64,000 nt of DNA, taken from contig CAXXJS010000016.1 in assembly GCA_963662665.2 (NCBI GenBank), positions 1-64,000 on the forward strand, read 5' to 3'. Position 1 is the first letter of the stretch. The number at the start of each line of letters is the position of its first letter. The notes below the pieces were generated by a model, which had not been told where the DNA came from, searched no databases, and saw only the letters and a list, made by a program, of their open reading frames with translations. The position numbers were made by a program, and so were the translations under genes. This document shows, one piece after another, positions 9,651 to 18,896 of this stretch. This DNA comes from Candidatus Latescibacterota bacterium (GTDB lineage Bacteria; Latescibacterota; UBA2968; GCA-2709665).

Positions 9651-10385
9651 GTGAACGTCGACCTTACCCAGTTTGACGGCATCACCGACAGGGTGGCGCG
9701 GGCAAGGGCCAAAGCCGAGGCCATGCGCAAAGCCAAACAGGGCGCCGGCGACGCCGTGGAATCCGCACCCGAGGCGGGCGCCTCCGAACTGGAAACCGCA
9801 GGCGCGGCCGTGGAGTCCGAAAAAGAGCCCGCCGGCCTCACAATCCTCGAATTCAGGCCGGGCATTCATTTCAAACTGAACGGACGCGCCGGCCGGACCG
9901 TGGGCATCCGATATGACCTGGTCAGTTTCGTCTACGACGACGATCCGGACCAACTCGTTACGGCAGACCGGTACCGCCTCAGCCACGCCCACGCCGAGGG
10001 CGCGCTGGAGTTCGCGCCAAAGGCAGAGGTCTACCGCCCTGAGCGCGTCGCGAAGAAAGAACGCGTGGAGTTCCACGAACACCTCTGGCTGGAAACCCGC
10101 TCAGGCATGGCTGCCAAAAAGAAGCGGCCCCGGCATATTGCCATTATAAACCCGGACTATTGCACCGGTTGCAACGCCTGCATCGAGGTCTGTCCGACCG
10201 ACTGTATCGAGGAAGTCGACGTGGCCGACGCCGGGCTGGACGGCATCGGTACGTTCTGTGAAGTCCGCCTGGAAGACTGCATCGGGTGCATCCAATGCGT
10301 GCATATCTGTCCGTGGGAAGCCATCGAAATGGTCGACACCCAGCAGGTTGAAGAGGCATATGGAATCCCCGTGGGTACGTTGTAG
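9651..10385 (+). CDS. 2x[4Fe-4S] dicluster protein (RnfB-like C-terminal ferredoxin) with N-terminal extension
   Basis: CTGCNACIEVCP and CIGCIQCVHICP motifs. Start moved from 9441 to GTG 9651 (AGGAGA RBS and promoter). Confidence 0.85.
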   Translation: MNVDLTQFDGITDRVARARAKAEAMRKAKQGAGDAVESAPEAGASELETAGAAVESEKEPAGLTILEFRPGIHFKLNGRAGRTVGIRYDLVSFVYDDDPDQLVTADRYRLSHAHAEGALEFAPKAEVYRPERVAKKERVEFHEHLWLETRSGMAAKKKRPRHIAIINPDYCTGCNACIEVCPTDCIEEVDVADAGLDGIGTFCEVRLEDCIGCIQCVHICPWEAIEMVDTQQVEEAYGIPVGTL

Positions 10386-10412
10386 ATCGTTATCGACCAC
10401 AAGTGACACTGA

Positions 10413-10452
10413 AAAGAGCGTCAACCGGACCCGGTTGACGCTCTTTGTTTTT
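10413..10452. terminator. bidirectional intrinsic terminator
   Basis: AAAGAGCGTCAACCGG / CCGGTTGACGCTCTTT inverted repeat with A- and T-tails between convergent genes. Confidence 0.85.
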
Positions 10453-10525
10453 GGTTTGGAATTCCGTGACTGCAAGGCTGTGGGTGACGCAGCCGGTTTA
10501 TGGTTTGCCGACCGGTAGTTCGCCG

Positions 10526-11494
10526 TCAGCGACAGCTTGCCGATAACGCATCGGAGACACTGCCCATGTCCTGCGGAACAGCCGAGCGGAATTCCAGCGT
10601 TTCCCCCGTGACCGGATGTTCGAATCCGAGAGACTCGGCATGTAACATCTGTCGATTCGCCAGACGCAGGACCGTTTTGGCCGCATTCCGGTGCAGCGGT
10701 GAAATGCCCCGGATTCGCTTCGCGCCCCCGCCGTACGCGGTATCTCCCAGGACCGGATGTCCAACGTGGGAGAGGTGTACCCGAATCTGATGCGTTCGAC
10801 CCGTCTCCAACCTCAATTCCAGGGTCGATGCGAACCCATGGAACGCTCTCACTTCGTACCCGGTCACGGCAGTGCGTCCTCCTTTGTCGACCACTGCCAT
10901 GAGCCTGCGGTCCCCGGGACTCCTGCCGATGGCGGTCTCAATGCGGCCCCGCTCCGGTTCCGGCCGCCCCCATACCATGGCGATATATTGCCGGATCACC
11001 GTTCGCGCCTCCAGTTGCGCCGCAAGCCCCCGGTGTGCCACGTCGTCCTTGGCGACCATGAGCAGACCCGAGGTCTCCCTGTCCAGCCGGTGTACAATGC
11101 CCGGACGCAGAACGCCGTTGATACCTGAGAGACCGTTGCAATGGGAAAGGAGACCGTTCACCAGCGTACCGGATCGCCTCCGGCTCGTCGGGTGCACAAC
11201 CATGCCTGCCGGTTTGTTCACGACAAGCAGATGCGCGTCTTCAAAAAAAATATCCAGAGGGATTTCCTCCGGATCAATTCCGGCGGGCTCCGGTGCCGGC
11301 AGTGAAACCACGATCCGGTCGCCTGCGGAAACCCTGTAATTCGATCGAACCCGTTCGCCCGCCAGAAGCACATCTCCTGAGGCGATCAACGCCTGAATTC
11401 GAGACCGGGAGAGCGTTTCGCAAACGTCTGCCAACATCCGATCCAGCCGGCTGCCGGCGTATTCCGCAAGGACGGTAACTTCAAACTCCCTCAT
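10526..11494 (-). CDS. rluD: RluA/RluD family 23S rRNA pseudouridine synthase
   Basis: N-terminal S4-like domain, NKPAGMVVHP, HRLDRETSG, TGRTHQIRVH. Confidence 0.92.
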   Translation of the reverse strand: MREFEVTVLAEYAGSRLDRMLADVCETLSRSRIQALIASGDVLLAGERVRSNYRVSAGDRIVVSLPAPEPAGIDPEEIPLDIFFEDAHLLVVNKPAGMVVHPTSRRRSGTLVNGLLSHCNGLSGINGVLRPGIVHRLDRETSGLLMVAKDDVAHRGLAAQLEARTVIRQYIAMVWGRPEPERGRIETAIGRSPGDRRLMAVVDKGGRTAVTGYEVRAFHGFASTLELRLETGRTHQIRVHLSHVGHPVLGDTAYGGGAKRIRGISPLHRNAAKTVLRLANRQMLHAESLGFEHPVTGETLEFRSAVPQDMGSVSDALSASCR

Positions 11495-11945
11495 CCTTTC
11501 CGCCCTTAAGAAGTCCGCAGCCCAGTATCAACAGGCCGGCCCCCACCGTAACGGAGGCGTCGGCCACGTTGAACACCCACCAGCGAAGGGATCCGAATCC
11601 GAAATCCAGGAAATCAACCACCGCCCCGAAACGGATCCGATCCACGACGTTGCCGATGGCTCCCCCCAGCACAAGCGCGAGGCCGGCCGAAGCCAACCGC
11701 TGACCGGGCGGCAGGCGGAACCACATCACCGTCACCATGATCAATGCCATCCCGGCGAAAATCAAATGCGCGACGTTCCCGCCCAACCTCATCCCGAACA
11801 CGGCGCCGGGGTTTTGAATATAGGTCAGCCTGAAGAATGAGCCGAGCACTGGAATCGATTCACCGAGGACCATCGATTCCATCACCATCCGCTTCGACAC
11901 CTGGTCCAGAAGAAGGACGACACCCGAAATCCAGAGGCTGCGCAC
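11481..11945 (-). CDS. lspA: lipoprotein signal peptidase II
   Basis: DQVSK, NPGAVFG, GAIGNVVDR, VVDFLD, FNVAD. Confidence 0.95.
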   Translation of the reverse strand: MRSLWISGVVLLLDQVSKRMVMESMVLGESIPVLGSFFRLTYIQNPGAVFGMRLGGNVAHLIFAGMALIMVTVMWFRLPPGQRLASAGLALVLGGAIGNVVDRIRFGAVVDFLDFGFGSLRWWVFNVADASVTVGAGLLILGCGLLKGGKDEGV

Positions 11946-12004
11946 GACGCCTCCCTTGGCGATGTTAACGAACGCGTGTGTTCATTTAGACGGGCCGTGA
12001 GTGA

Positions 12005-12388
12005 CTATGAGGGACGAATACTCTGCCGGTGTTCCCCTTCCTTGCAGGGTACACACGTCCGGGTTGTGGGAACGGCCTCCAGACGCGCTTTCGGGATTTC
12101 TTTGCTGCAGACCCTGCAGTCACCGAACGTCCCTTTCTTTATGCGTTCCAGCGCGTGCTCCAACTGCGTCAGATAGGCCCCGTCTCGAGAAGCGAAGAGG
12201 AACGCCTTTTCCCGCTCGATGGAGTCGCTGCCCAGTTCCGGCATATGATCCGAGTAAATTTGTCCGCCCGAAGCCTCTTCGGACGTCGCATGCATGGAAC
12301 GTTGCTCCAACATCCCCAGGTCCTGAACGATGGACAGTCGCTTTTTTTCCAGGATCTCCCTGAAGTACTTCAGATCTTTCTTGGTCAT
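12005..12388 (-). CDS. TraR/DksA C4-type zinc finger protein
   Basis: Coiled-coil plus CRVC...IPKARLEAVP...CVPC. Confidence 0.9.
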   Translation of the reverse strand: MTKKDLKYFREILEKKRLSIVQDLGMLEQRSMHATSEEASGGQIYSDHMPELGSDSIEREKAFLFASRDGAYLTQLEHALERIKKGTFGDCRVCSKEIPKARLEAVPTTRTCVPCKEGEHRQSIRPS

Positions 12389-12486
12389 CGTCCTCTCCAG
12401 CCTGTCAATTCAAATGGCGCGTACCAGCCGGATGGCGCCGCCGGCAGGCGGCCGCCAATTCCCGTCCACATCGGGTCCGTGGAGGT

Positions 12487-15400
12487 TCAATCGCGTGAAA
12501 TACCTATTGTGCCGCGCAACCCGTTCACCTGCCATTCCCGTGTCAACTGGCAGGAATCGGGCAGTTGACCCACCAACACCTCTTCGGCGAGCGTCTCGCC
12601 GCTGACGTATGTACGATAGCGTGTGACCGCCCGCTCCAGACATCCCTCTCCCAACACCCCCACGTGGATGCGGTCGATGACTTCCAACCCTGTCTCCTTC
12701 CGCATGTTCTGCACGCGGTTGACGAATTCACGCGCAGTACACTCGTCGATGAGCTCTTCGTCCAGATGCACGTCGAGGCCAACGCACAGGTTGTTCTCGA
12801 CAGCCACCACCACGTCGTCTTTCTTCCGCCGCTGGATTTCAAGATCCTCAAGGACGATTTCCCCTCCGGCAACCGCAAGCTTCTCGCCGTCCCGCAGCCG
12901 TTCGACCTCCTCCGGAGCCAGATCGGCTATGTGCCCTGCCACCTCTTTCATGCGTTTCCCGAATCGTGGCCCCAGCGCCCTGAAGTTGGGTTTGTAGGAG
13001 ATTTCGCTCAACTCGGTTTCGTCTTCCACCAAAACCACTTCTTTGATATTCAATTCCTCGGCAATCAGGCCCTGCATCGACGTCAGCGCATCGCGCCCGG
13101 CGGTATCGGGCGGCAGTACGTAGACCCGCCGCAACGGCTGACGCACCTTCAGGTCGTGCCGGTTGCGAAGCGACCGACCCAGAGCAACCGCGCGCATCGT
13201 CAGATGCATCTGGGCCTCAAGCCGGGTGTCGCGCAACGACTCATCCGCCTGAGGCATATCGCACAGGTGCACGCTTTCGGGCGCCTGCGCGTCCGCTCTT
13301 CTCACCAGATTCTGATAGATGTGCTCGGTCACGAACGGCAGTACCGGCGCCATGGCCTTAACCAATGCCACCAGCACTTCGTAAAGCGTTTCGTAAACCG
13401 CCGCCTTGTCCTCGTCGTCTTCCGACTTCCAGAAGCGGCGACGGCTGCGGCGGATGTACCAGTTCGTTAATTTCTCCACAAATGAAACCATTACCGGCAC
13501 CGTACGGTAAAGCCTGTAAGCCGACATCTCGGCATTCATGTCGTGCAGCAGCGTCTGTAATTCCGAAAGGATCCAGCGGTCCAGTTCGTGAGTACGTGCC
13601 TCCCCTCTCGCCCGTGCCGGCGTCCAACCGTCGATATTGGCATAGGTGACGAAGATTCCGCCGTACGCGTTCCAGAGTGGAATGATCACGGAACGCAGGC
13701 TCTCCTGAATACCCCGTTCGCTGATTCTCAACTCCTCCGCCTTGAGCGCCGGAGAGTTCAACAGATACAACCTCAGCGCATCCGCGCCGTACGCATCGAG
13801 CATTTCGGTGGGCTCCGGATAGTTCTTCAACCGCTTGCTCATCTTGCGTCCGTCTTCTGCAAGCAGCATCCCGGATACAATGCAATTCCTGAACGCCGGC
13901 TCCTCAAACAGTGCGGCAGCGAGGACCGTCAACGTATAAAACCAGCCCCGGGTCTGATCCAGCCCCTCGGAAATGAAATCGGCCGGGAAATTCGCCTCGA
14001 AAAACGACCGATTCTCAAACGGATAATGCGTTTGGGCGTAGGGCATGGATCCCGACTCGAACCAGCAATCCAGCACCTCGGGAACACGCCTCAACATTCC
14101 ACGCCCCGTTGGGCTGGGAATTTCGATATGATCGATCAGATGCTTATGCAGGTCTTCCACCCGCTGACCACTCAGGCGCTCCAGTTCCTCACGGCTGCCG
14201 ACACAAATCGTCTCCTTCGTGTCCTCGTTGCGCCATACGGGTAACGGCGTCCCCCAGTAGCGGTTCCGGCTGATCGCCCAATCACGCGCATCCTCCAGCC
14301 AGCGTCCGAATCTTCCGTTCTTTATGTGTTCCGGCACCCATCGGACCCGCTGATTCGAGGCAATCATCATTTCCTTGATGGGTTTAATGGCCACAAACCA
14401 GGTCGAGATTGCGCGATATATGAGGGGGGAATCACACCGCCAGCAATAGGGGTAGCTGTGAACCAGCGTTCCCTCGGAAAACAGCGCACCGCCCTCCCGG
14501 AGCCGCCGCACGATATGACGGTCGACCTCCTTCACAAACTGTCCCGTATAGTCCGGTATCGCATCTGTAAACGCACAGTCTTCGTCGATCGGGCACACAA
14601 CCGGGATACCCTTTTCAACGCCCAGTTGATAGTCGTCTTCGCCGAATCCGGGCGCGACGTGCACAATCCCCGTGCCGTCTTCGGTCGACACGAAATCGGC
14701 CGCGACCACGCGATAGGCGCCCTTATTTGCCAGATCTGCGAAGTAACCGAACAACGGCTCGTAACGCAACGCCAGCAGCGCATCGACCGGTTCCGCCTCC
14801 ACCCCCGCCACTTCCCCGTTGCGCCCGGCAAACAGAGCATCGAAGCGCGGCTGTGCGAGAATCAACTGCTCTCCGCTTGTCAGATGGACGCGCAGGTACG
14901 GGATGTCTTCCCCCACGGCGAGCGCCATGTTCGAAGGCAGCGTCCACGGTGTGGTCGTCCAGGCCAGAATCGACGTATTTGCCTCTCCCCGCACACGGAA
15001 ACGCACCGTAATCGAAGGATCCTGGGTGTCCCGGTAACCCCCCAGATTCACCTCGAAATTCGAAAGCGGCGTGGCGCACCTCGGACAGTAGGCCAGGGAA
15101 TAATATCCTTCATAAATGAGATCTTTCTCCCACAGGCTCTTGAACACCCACCACACCGACTCCATGAAATCCGGATCCATCGTCCGGTATTGGCGGTCCC
15201 AATCCACCCACCGTCCGCATCGCTGTATCACCTGCTTCCATTCAGCCGCGTACTGGAGCACCTGTTCCCTGCAGAACTCGTTAAACCGACTCACGCCGAA
15301 CGCAAGGATATCTTTCCTGGACTTCAGTTCCAACTGGCGTTCGGCCTCATTCTCGACGGGAAGTCCGTGACAATCCCATCCGAATCGCCGGTCCACCCGG

Positions 15401-15657
15401 TAACCACGCATCGTCCAGTATCGAGGCACCACGTCCTTTATGATTGAAGCCAGCAGATGCCCGTAGTGCGGAAGCCCGCTGGCGAACGGCGGCCCGTCGT
15501 TGAAAATGAACGAATTGGATTCCGGGCGGTTTGCCACCGACTTCGCAAACGTCCGGTTTTTCTCCCAGAACCGGAGAATTTCCTTCTCCATTCCGGGAAA
15601 GTTCACCCTTCCGGAAACGTCCTCAAACACCCTGTCTGCCGTTTTCTCCGCCGCCAT
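12487..15657 (-). CDS. ileS: isoleucine--tRNA ligase (type 2, archaeal/eukaryote-like)
   Basis: DGPPFASGLPHYGH, GWDCHGLP, WAISRNRYWGTP, EGLDQTRGWFY, KMSKR; long C-terminal domain without the type-1 zinc finger. Confidence 0.96.
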   Translation of the reverse strand: MAAEKTADRVFEDVSGRVNFPGMEKEILRFWEKNRTFAKSVANRPESNSFIFNDGPPFASGLPHYGHLLASIIKDVVPRYWTMRGYRVDRRFGWDCHGLPVENEAERQLELKSRKDILAFGVSRFNEFCREQVLQYAAEWKQVIQRCGRWVDWDRQYRTMDPDFMESVWWVFKSLWEKDLIYEGYYSLAYCPRCATPLSNFEVNLGGYRDTQDPSITVRFRVRGEANTSILAWTTTPWTLPSNMALAVGEDIPYLRVHLTSGEQLILAQPRFDALFAGRNGEVAGVEAEPVDALLALRYEPLFGYFADLANKGAYRVVAADFVSTEDGTGIVHVAPGFGEDDYQLGVEKGIPVVCPIDEDCAFTDAIPDYTGQFVKEVDRHIVRRLREGGALFSEGTLVHSYPYCWRCDSPLIYRAISTWFVAIKPIKEMMIASNQRVRWVPEHIKNGRFGRWLEDARDWAISRNRYWGTPLPVWRNEDTKETICVGSREELERLSGQRVEDLHKHLIDHIEIPSPTGRGMLRRVPEVLDCWFESGSMPYAQTHYPFENRSFFEANFPADFISEGLDQTRGWFYTLTVLAAALFEEPAFRNCIVSGMLLAEDGRKMSKRLKNYPEPTEMLDAYGADALRLYLLNSPALKAEELRISERGIQESLRSVIIPLWNAYGGIFVTYANIDGWTPARARGEARTHELDRWILSELQTLLHDMNAEMSAYRLYRTVPVMVSFVEKLTNWYIRRSRRRFWKSEDDEDKAAVYETLYEVLVALVKAMAPVLPFVTEHIYQNLVRRADAQAPESVHLCDMPQADESLRDTRLEAQMHLTMRAVALGRSLRNRHDLKVRQPLRRVYVLPPDTAGRDALTSMQGLIAEELNIKEVVLVEDETELSEISYKPNFRALGPRFGKRMKEVAGHIADLAPEEVERLRDGEKLAVAGGEIVLEDLEIQRRKKDDVVVAVENNLCVGLDVHLDEELIDECTAREFVNRVQNMRKETGLEVIDRIHVGVLGEGCLERAVTRYRTYVSGETLAEEVLVGQLPDSCQLTREWQVNGLRGTIGISRD

Positions 15658-15804
15658 GAGGTTTATTCGCTTTACTGGTGTATTCAGAAATGTCGCGGAT
15701 GTCTTCTGTTGTGATTTCCTGTCGGTTCAGGTTCCGCGCGCGGCTGGAATTCGTCCGGGCCTGGTCGCAAAGCGGTTATCGCGAAACCTTCGTCACTCGA
15801 GTCG

Positions 15805-16275
15805 CTATCGGACCGATTCGCCATTCGCCATCGCGACAATCCGGTCCTCGTTTTCCCCCAACAACGCCTTCTGTTCCGGCCACATCATCTCCGGCAGCCG
15901 ATCGATGGGAAACCAGTCGACGACTTCGTGATTCTTCACGTCCGTTGGAACGACGTCCACCTGCCAGGTCCGATACAGGAAATAGTGCGTGGTCTTCCAT
16001 TCCGTCCGATGATAATTCAACCGTGCCCTTACGCCCATTGGCTGGATAAATTCCAATTCGGTAAATCCCGCTTCCTCTTCGATCTCCCGTCGCGCAGCGT
16101 CCTCGATGGATTCCCCCGCGTCCACGTGTCCCTTCGGCAATACGTACTCCTCGTAGGACTGCTCACGAATCAGCGCCACCATCGCCCGTCCGTCAGCCGC
16201 CCTTACAACCACGCCCCCCGCCGAAACGGCTTCCGGTATTCCCTCGGGTTTACGGTACCATCGTTCATCGATCAT
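15805..16275 (-). CDS. NUDIX hydrolase
   Basis: Nudix box LPKGHVDAGESIEDAARREIEEEAG. Confidence 0.92.
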   Translation of the reverse strand: MIDERWYRKPEGIPEAVSAGGVVVRAADGRAMVALIREQSYEEYVLPKGHVDAGESIEDAARREIEEEAGFTELEFIQPMGVRARLNYHRTEWKTTHYFLYRTWQVDVVPTDVKNHEVVDWFPIDRLPEMMWPEQKALLGENEDRIVAMANGESVR

Positions 16276-17159
16276 CCTGTCCCACCCAGATAGTGACCAT
16301 ACAGGACGTTCAGCCGTTGTCTTGCCTCATTCGAAATGGCTCCGGGCGCGGTAATAATCGCATCCCGCGCAGCCCGGTGACATCTGCAAGCCGATGCCTC
16401 CGGCAGCAGACCGGCAATTTCCTTAACAACCGTGTTGGCCATCCGGGTATTGGCCTTCAGGATCGCCAGAACGGACTCGATGTCCACGTCTCCTTCCTGC
16501 TCGTGCCAACAATCGTAGTCGGTGCCCATGGAGAGCACGGCGTAGCACATTTCCGCCTCACGGGCAAGCTTGGCCTCCGGAAGCGCCGTCATTCCGATCA
16601 CCGTGGCATCTGCGGCCCGGCGATAGAAATGGGACTCTGCCCTCGTCGAAAACTGTGGCCCTTCCATACAGATATACGTGCCCCCGTCGTGTACCCGTGC
16701 GCCGCAATTCCTCGCCGCTCTCGCAACAACGTCGCGCATATCCCCGCAGAACGGGTCTGCGAACGCCACGTGTCCCACCACCCCGTCGCCAAAAAACGTG
16801 GACGGACGAATCCCCCTTGTGCGATCGAAAATCTGATCCGGGACAACCATGTCTCCCGGCCTGATGTGTTCTTTCATAATACCCACGGCGCCCACGGCGA
16901 GAACGTGGGTGACATCCAACTGTTTCAATGCATGGATGTTGGCACGATATCTCACCTCCGAAGGCAGCAACCGGTGTCCGCGCCCGTGGCGGGGAAGGAA
17001 TACAACCGTACGCCCGTCGATGTCCGTTTCCACCAGCAGGTCCGAGGGATGGCCGAACGGCGTGTCCACCTCGTGTTCCCGCACCACCGAGACGCCATCC
17101 ATCTCATAGAATCCGGACCCGCCAATCACCCCCAGACGCAACGGCTTTGTGTCTGTCAT
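16272..17159 (-). CDS. mtnP: S-methyl-5'-thioadenosine phosphorylase
   Basis: GVIGGSG, TPFGHPS, RHGRGH, MEGPQFSTRAES, GMTALPEAKLAREAE, TDYDCW. ATG 17159. Confidence 0.93.
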   Translation of the reverse strand: MTDTKPLRLGVIGGSGFYEMDGVSVVREHEVDTPFGHPSDLLVETDIDGRTVVFLPRHGRGHRLLPSEVRYRANIHALKQLDVTHVLAVGAVGIMKEHIRPGDMVVPDQIFDRTRGIRPSTFFGDGVVGHVAFADPFCGDMRDVVARAARNCGARVHDGGTYICMEGPQFSTRAESHFYRRAADATVIGMTALPEAKLAREAEMCYAVLSMGTDYDCWHEQEGDVDIESVLAILKANTRMANTVVKEIAGLLPEASACRCHRAARDAIITAPGAISNEARQRLNVLYGHYLGGTG

Positions 17160-17291
17160 GGATTCGCTCCGCTCCAGCAGGCATGCCCCGGCTTGTGATT
17201 GCAATCCGTCTCGATGACGGAAGATCAGGACTCGGAGCCGGGTTTGGAGGGACCCGTATCCGATAGATTCGTTCCCGTACCGGGCTGTTAA

Positions 17292-17891
17292 CTACGTACC
17301 CAATCCGAAAACCACGAGAACCGCTCCTTTGGCGAAATTCAATAGCAGGATCAACAGAATCGGCGACAGATCAAACATGCCCAGTGGCGGAATCAGGCGC
17401 CGGAAGGGCGCCATAACGGGCTCTGTAAGCGAATAAAGCGTCCAGATCAATCGCCCGTTTCGAAAAAAGGGCATCCAGGAGACAATGATGCGAGCAAGAA
17501 TAAATACCAGGAATACTGATATTGCACCGTAAAAGAGCCAGCCAACGACCTGAAGAAAGGCGACGTTCAACAACGCCCGAACCACGCCTTCCAAAGCCAG
17601 GAGCACGTCGTTGCTGACCCACTTGAGGAAAAACGCGGCCAACAATGTTCCCAGGATCACGAACAGAGGCGCAATGCCGAGACTGTTGGGCGCTGGCAGG
17701 CTCTGGGCGATTGGCCAGATCATGGGATCGGTCCATCCCCGAACCACCTGAGACAGCCGGCCGAACGGCTGCGCCTTTAACAGCACCCAGCGAAGAACCA
17801 TCAGCACGACGATAACGACTACCGCCGAAAACGCCACAAAATCGACGGCAGCGCGCATAAAGTCGATTACCTGCAACAAAACGTATAACAT
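17292..17891 (-). CDS. yggT: YggT family membrane protein (two YggT repeats)
   Basis: 'TEPVMAPFRRLIPPLGMFDLSPIL' motif; downstream of yggS. Confidence 0.88.
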   Translation of the reverse strand: MLYVLLQVIDFMRAAVDFVAFSAVVVIVVLMVLRWVLLKAQPFGRLSQVVRGWTDPMIWPIAQSLPAPNSLGIAPLFVILGTLLAAFFLKWVSNDVLLALEGVVRALLNVAFLQVVGWLFYGAISVFLVFILARIIVSWMPFFRNGRLIWTLYSLTEPVMAPFRRLIPPLGMFDLSPILLILLLNFAKGAVLVVFGLGT

Positions 17892-17929
17892 AATTACCCT
17901 TCGTTGTCCTCAACTGAACCCTGTCACCG

Positions 17930-17959
17930 TCCACCGACGAGCCCAGGCCCGTCGGTGGA
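17930..17959. repeat. intergenic GC-rich hairpin (REP-like or terminator)
   Basis: TCCACCGACG...CGTCGGTGGA inverted repeat between yggS and yggT. Confidence 0.5.
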
Positions 17960-17997
17960 TTATGTTTTCCAACGCCCTGAAGCGCCCTGCACGCGCG

Positions 17998-18687
17998 TCA
18001 TTGTCTGGAACCGAAAATAGCCGAGCCGACACGCACCATTGTAGCACCTTCCTCAATTGCCACTTCGAAATCTCCCGTCATCCCCATTGAAAGGTGTGTC
18101 ATTGATACATCCGGCAGACGCGCCGCCGAAATCTCCTCACTCAGTTCCCGCAGCTGTACGAAACAGGGTCGCACCGCCTCCGGGTCGGGCAGAAACAATC
18201 CGATCGTCATCAACCCCTCCACGTCCACCCCTGCCACCTCCGAAATCCGCCCGATCAGATCGACTGAAGCGTCGGGCGCGGCCCCGAACTGGGAATCCGC
18301 CCCCGAGGTATTCACCTGCACAAGCGTCCGCGCGGTAATCCCGGCCTGTACCGCGCGTTTTCCAATCTCCCGTGCCAGCCGCAGGCTGTCCACCGAGTGA
18401 ACCACTTCGAACAAGCGGAGCGCGCTTTTCACCTTATTCCGCTGCAAATGTCCCACCAGATGCCAGACCACCGCGCCCGCGACGCCGCCAACCTTCGCCT
18501 CGGCCTCCTGTACCCTGTTCTCACCCAGCACCTGAACCCCTGCCTCCACCGCTTCCCGGATGGCTTCCACGGGCTTTGTTTTGGATACCGCAACGAGGGT
18601 TACGTCAGACGCTTGTCGCCCGGTTCGCTGTGCGGCGCGGTTAATGCGTTCCTGAACCCGTTTCAGATTTTCCGAAATCGACGTCAT
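17998..18687 (-). CDS. yggS: YggS/PROSC family pyridoxal phosphate homeostasis protein
   Basis: LVAVSKT, GENRVQE, WHLVGHLQRNK, LSMGMTGD, VRVGSAIFG. Confidence 0.95.
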   Translation of the reverse strand: MTSISENLKRVQERINRAAQRTGRQASDVTLVAVSKTKPVEAIREAVEAGVQVLGENRVQEAEAKVGGVAGAVVWHLVGHLQRNKVKSALRLFEVVHSVDSLRLAREIGKRAVQAGITARTLVQVNTSGADSQFGAAPDASVDLIGRISEVAGVDVEGLMTIGLFLPDPEAVRPCFVQLRELSEEISAARLPDVSMTHLSMGMTGDFEVAIEEGATMVRVGSAIFGSRQ

Positions 18688-18896
18688 TGGCGCTATGCCG
18701 AATCGTGAAAAAGGTCAATGCCGGTTCCGATGGAGAATAGCAAATTTACAATAAAACGGATGATTTCGCAACCCATTCGCCGATTCCAGGGTACGATGTC
18801 AGACCGGCGGCTTCGGAGACATCCATCTAAAATATCAGAATCAACAGGAATACGCTACGTCTGCAGGAATTGGCCGGATTCGGCCCGGTGAATCAT

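Noticed and set aside
15658-15804. T-box riboswitch upstream of ileS
   Set aside because: No GGTGGNACCGCG T-box consensus was found in the 147-nt gap.
10526-18687. yggS-yggT-mtnP-NUDIX-ileS-dksA-lspA-rluA block as a novel system
   Set aside because: It is an ordinary conserved housekeeping gene order.
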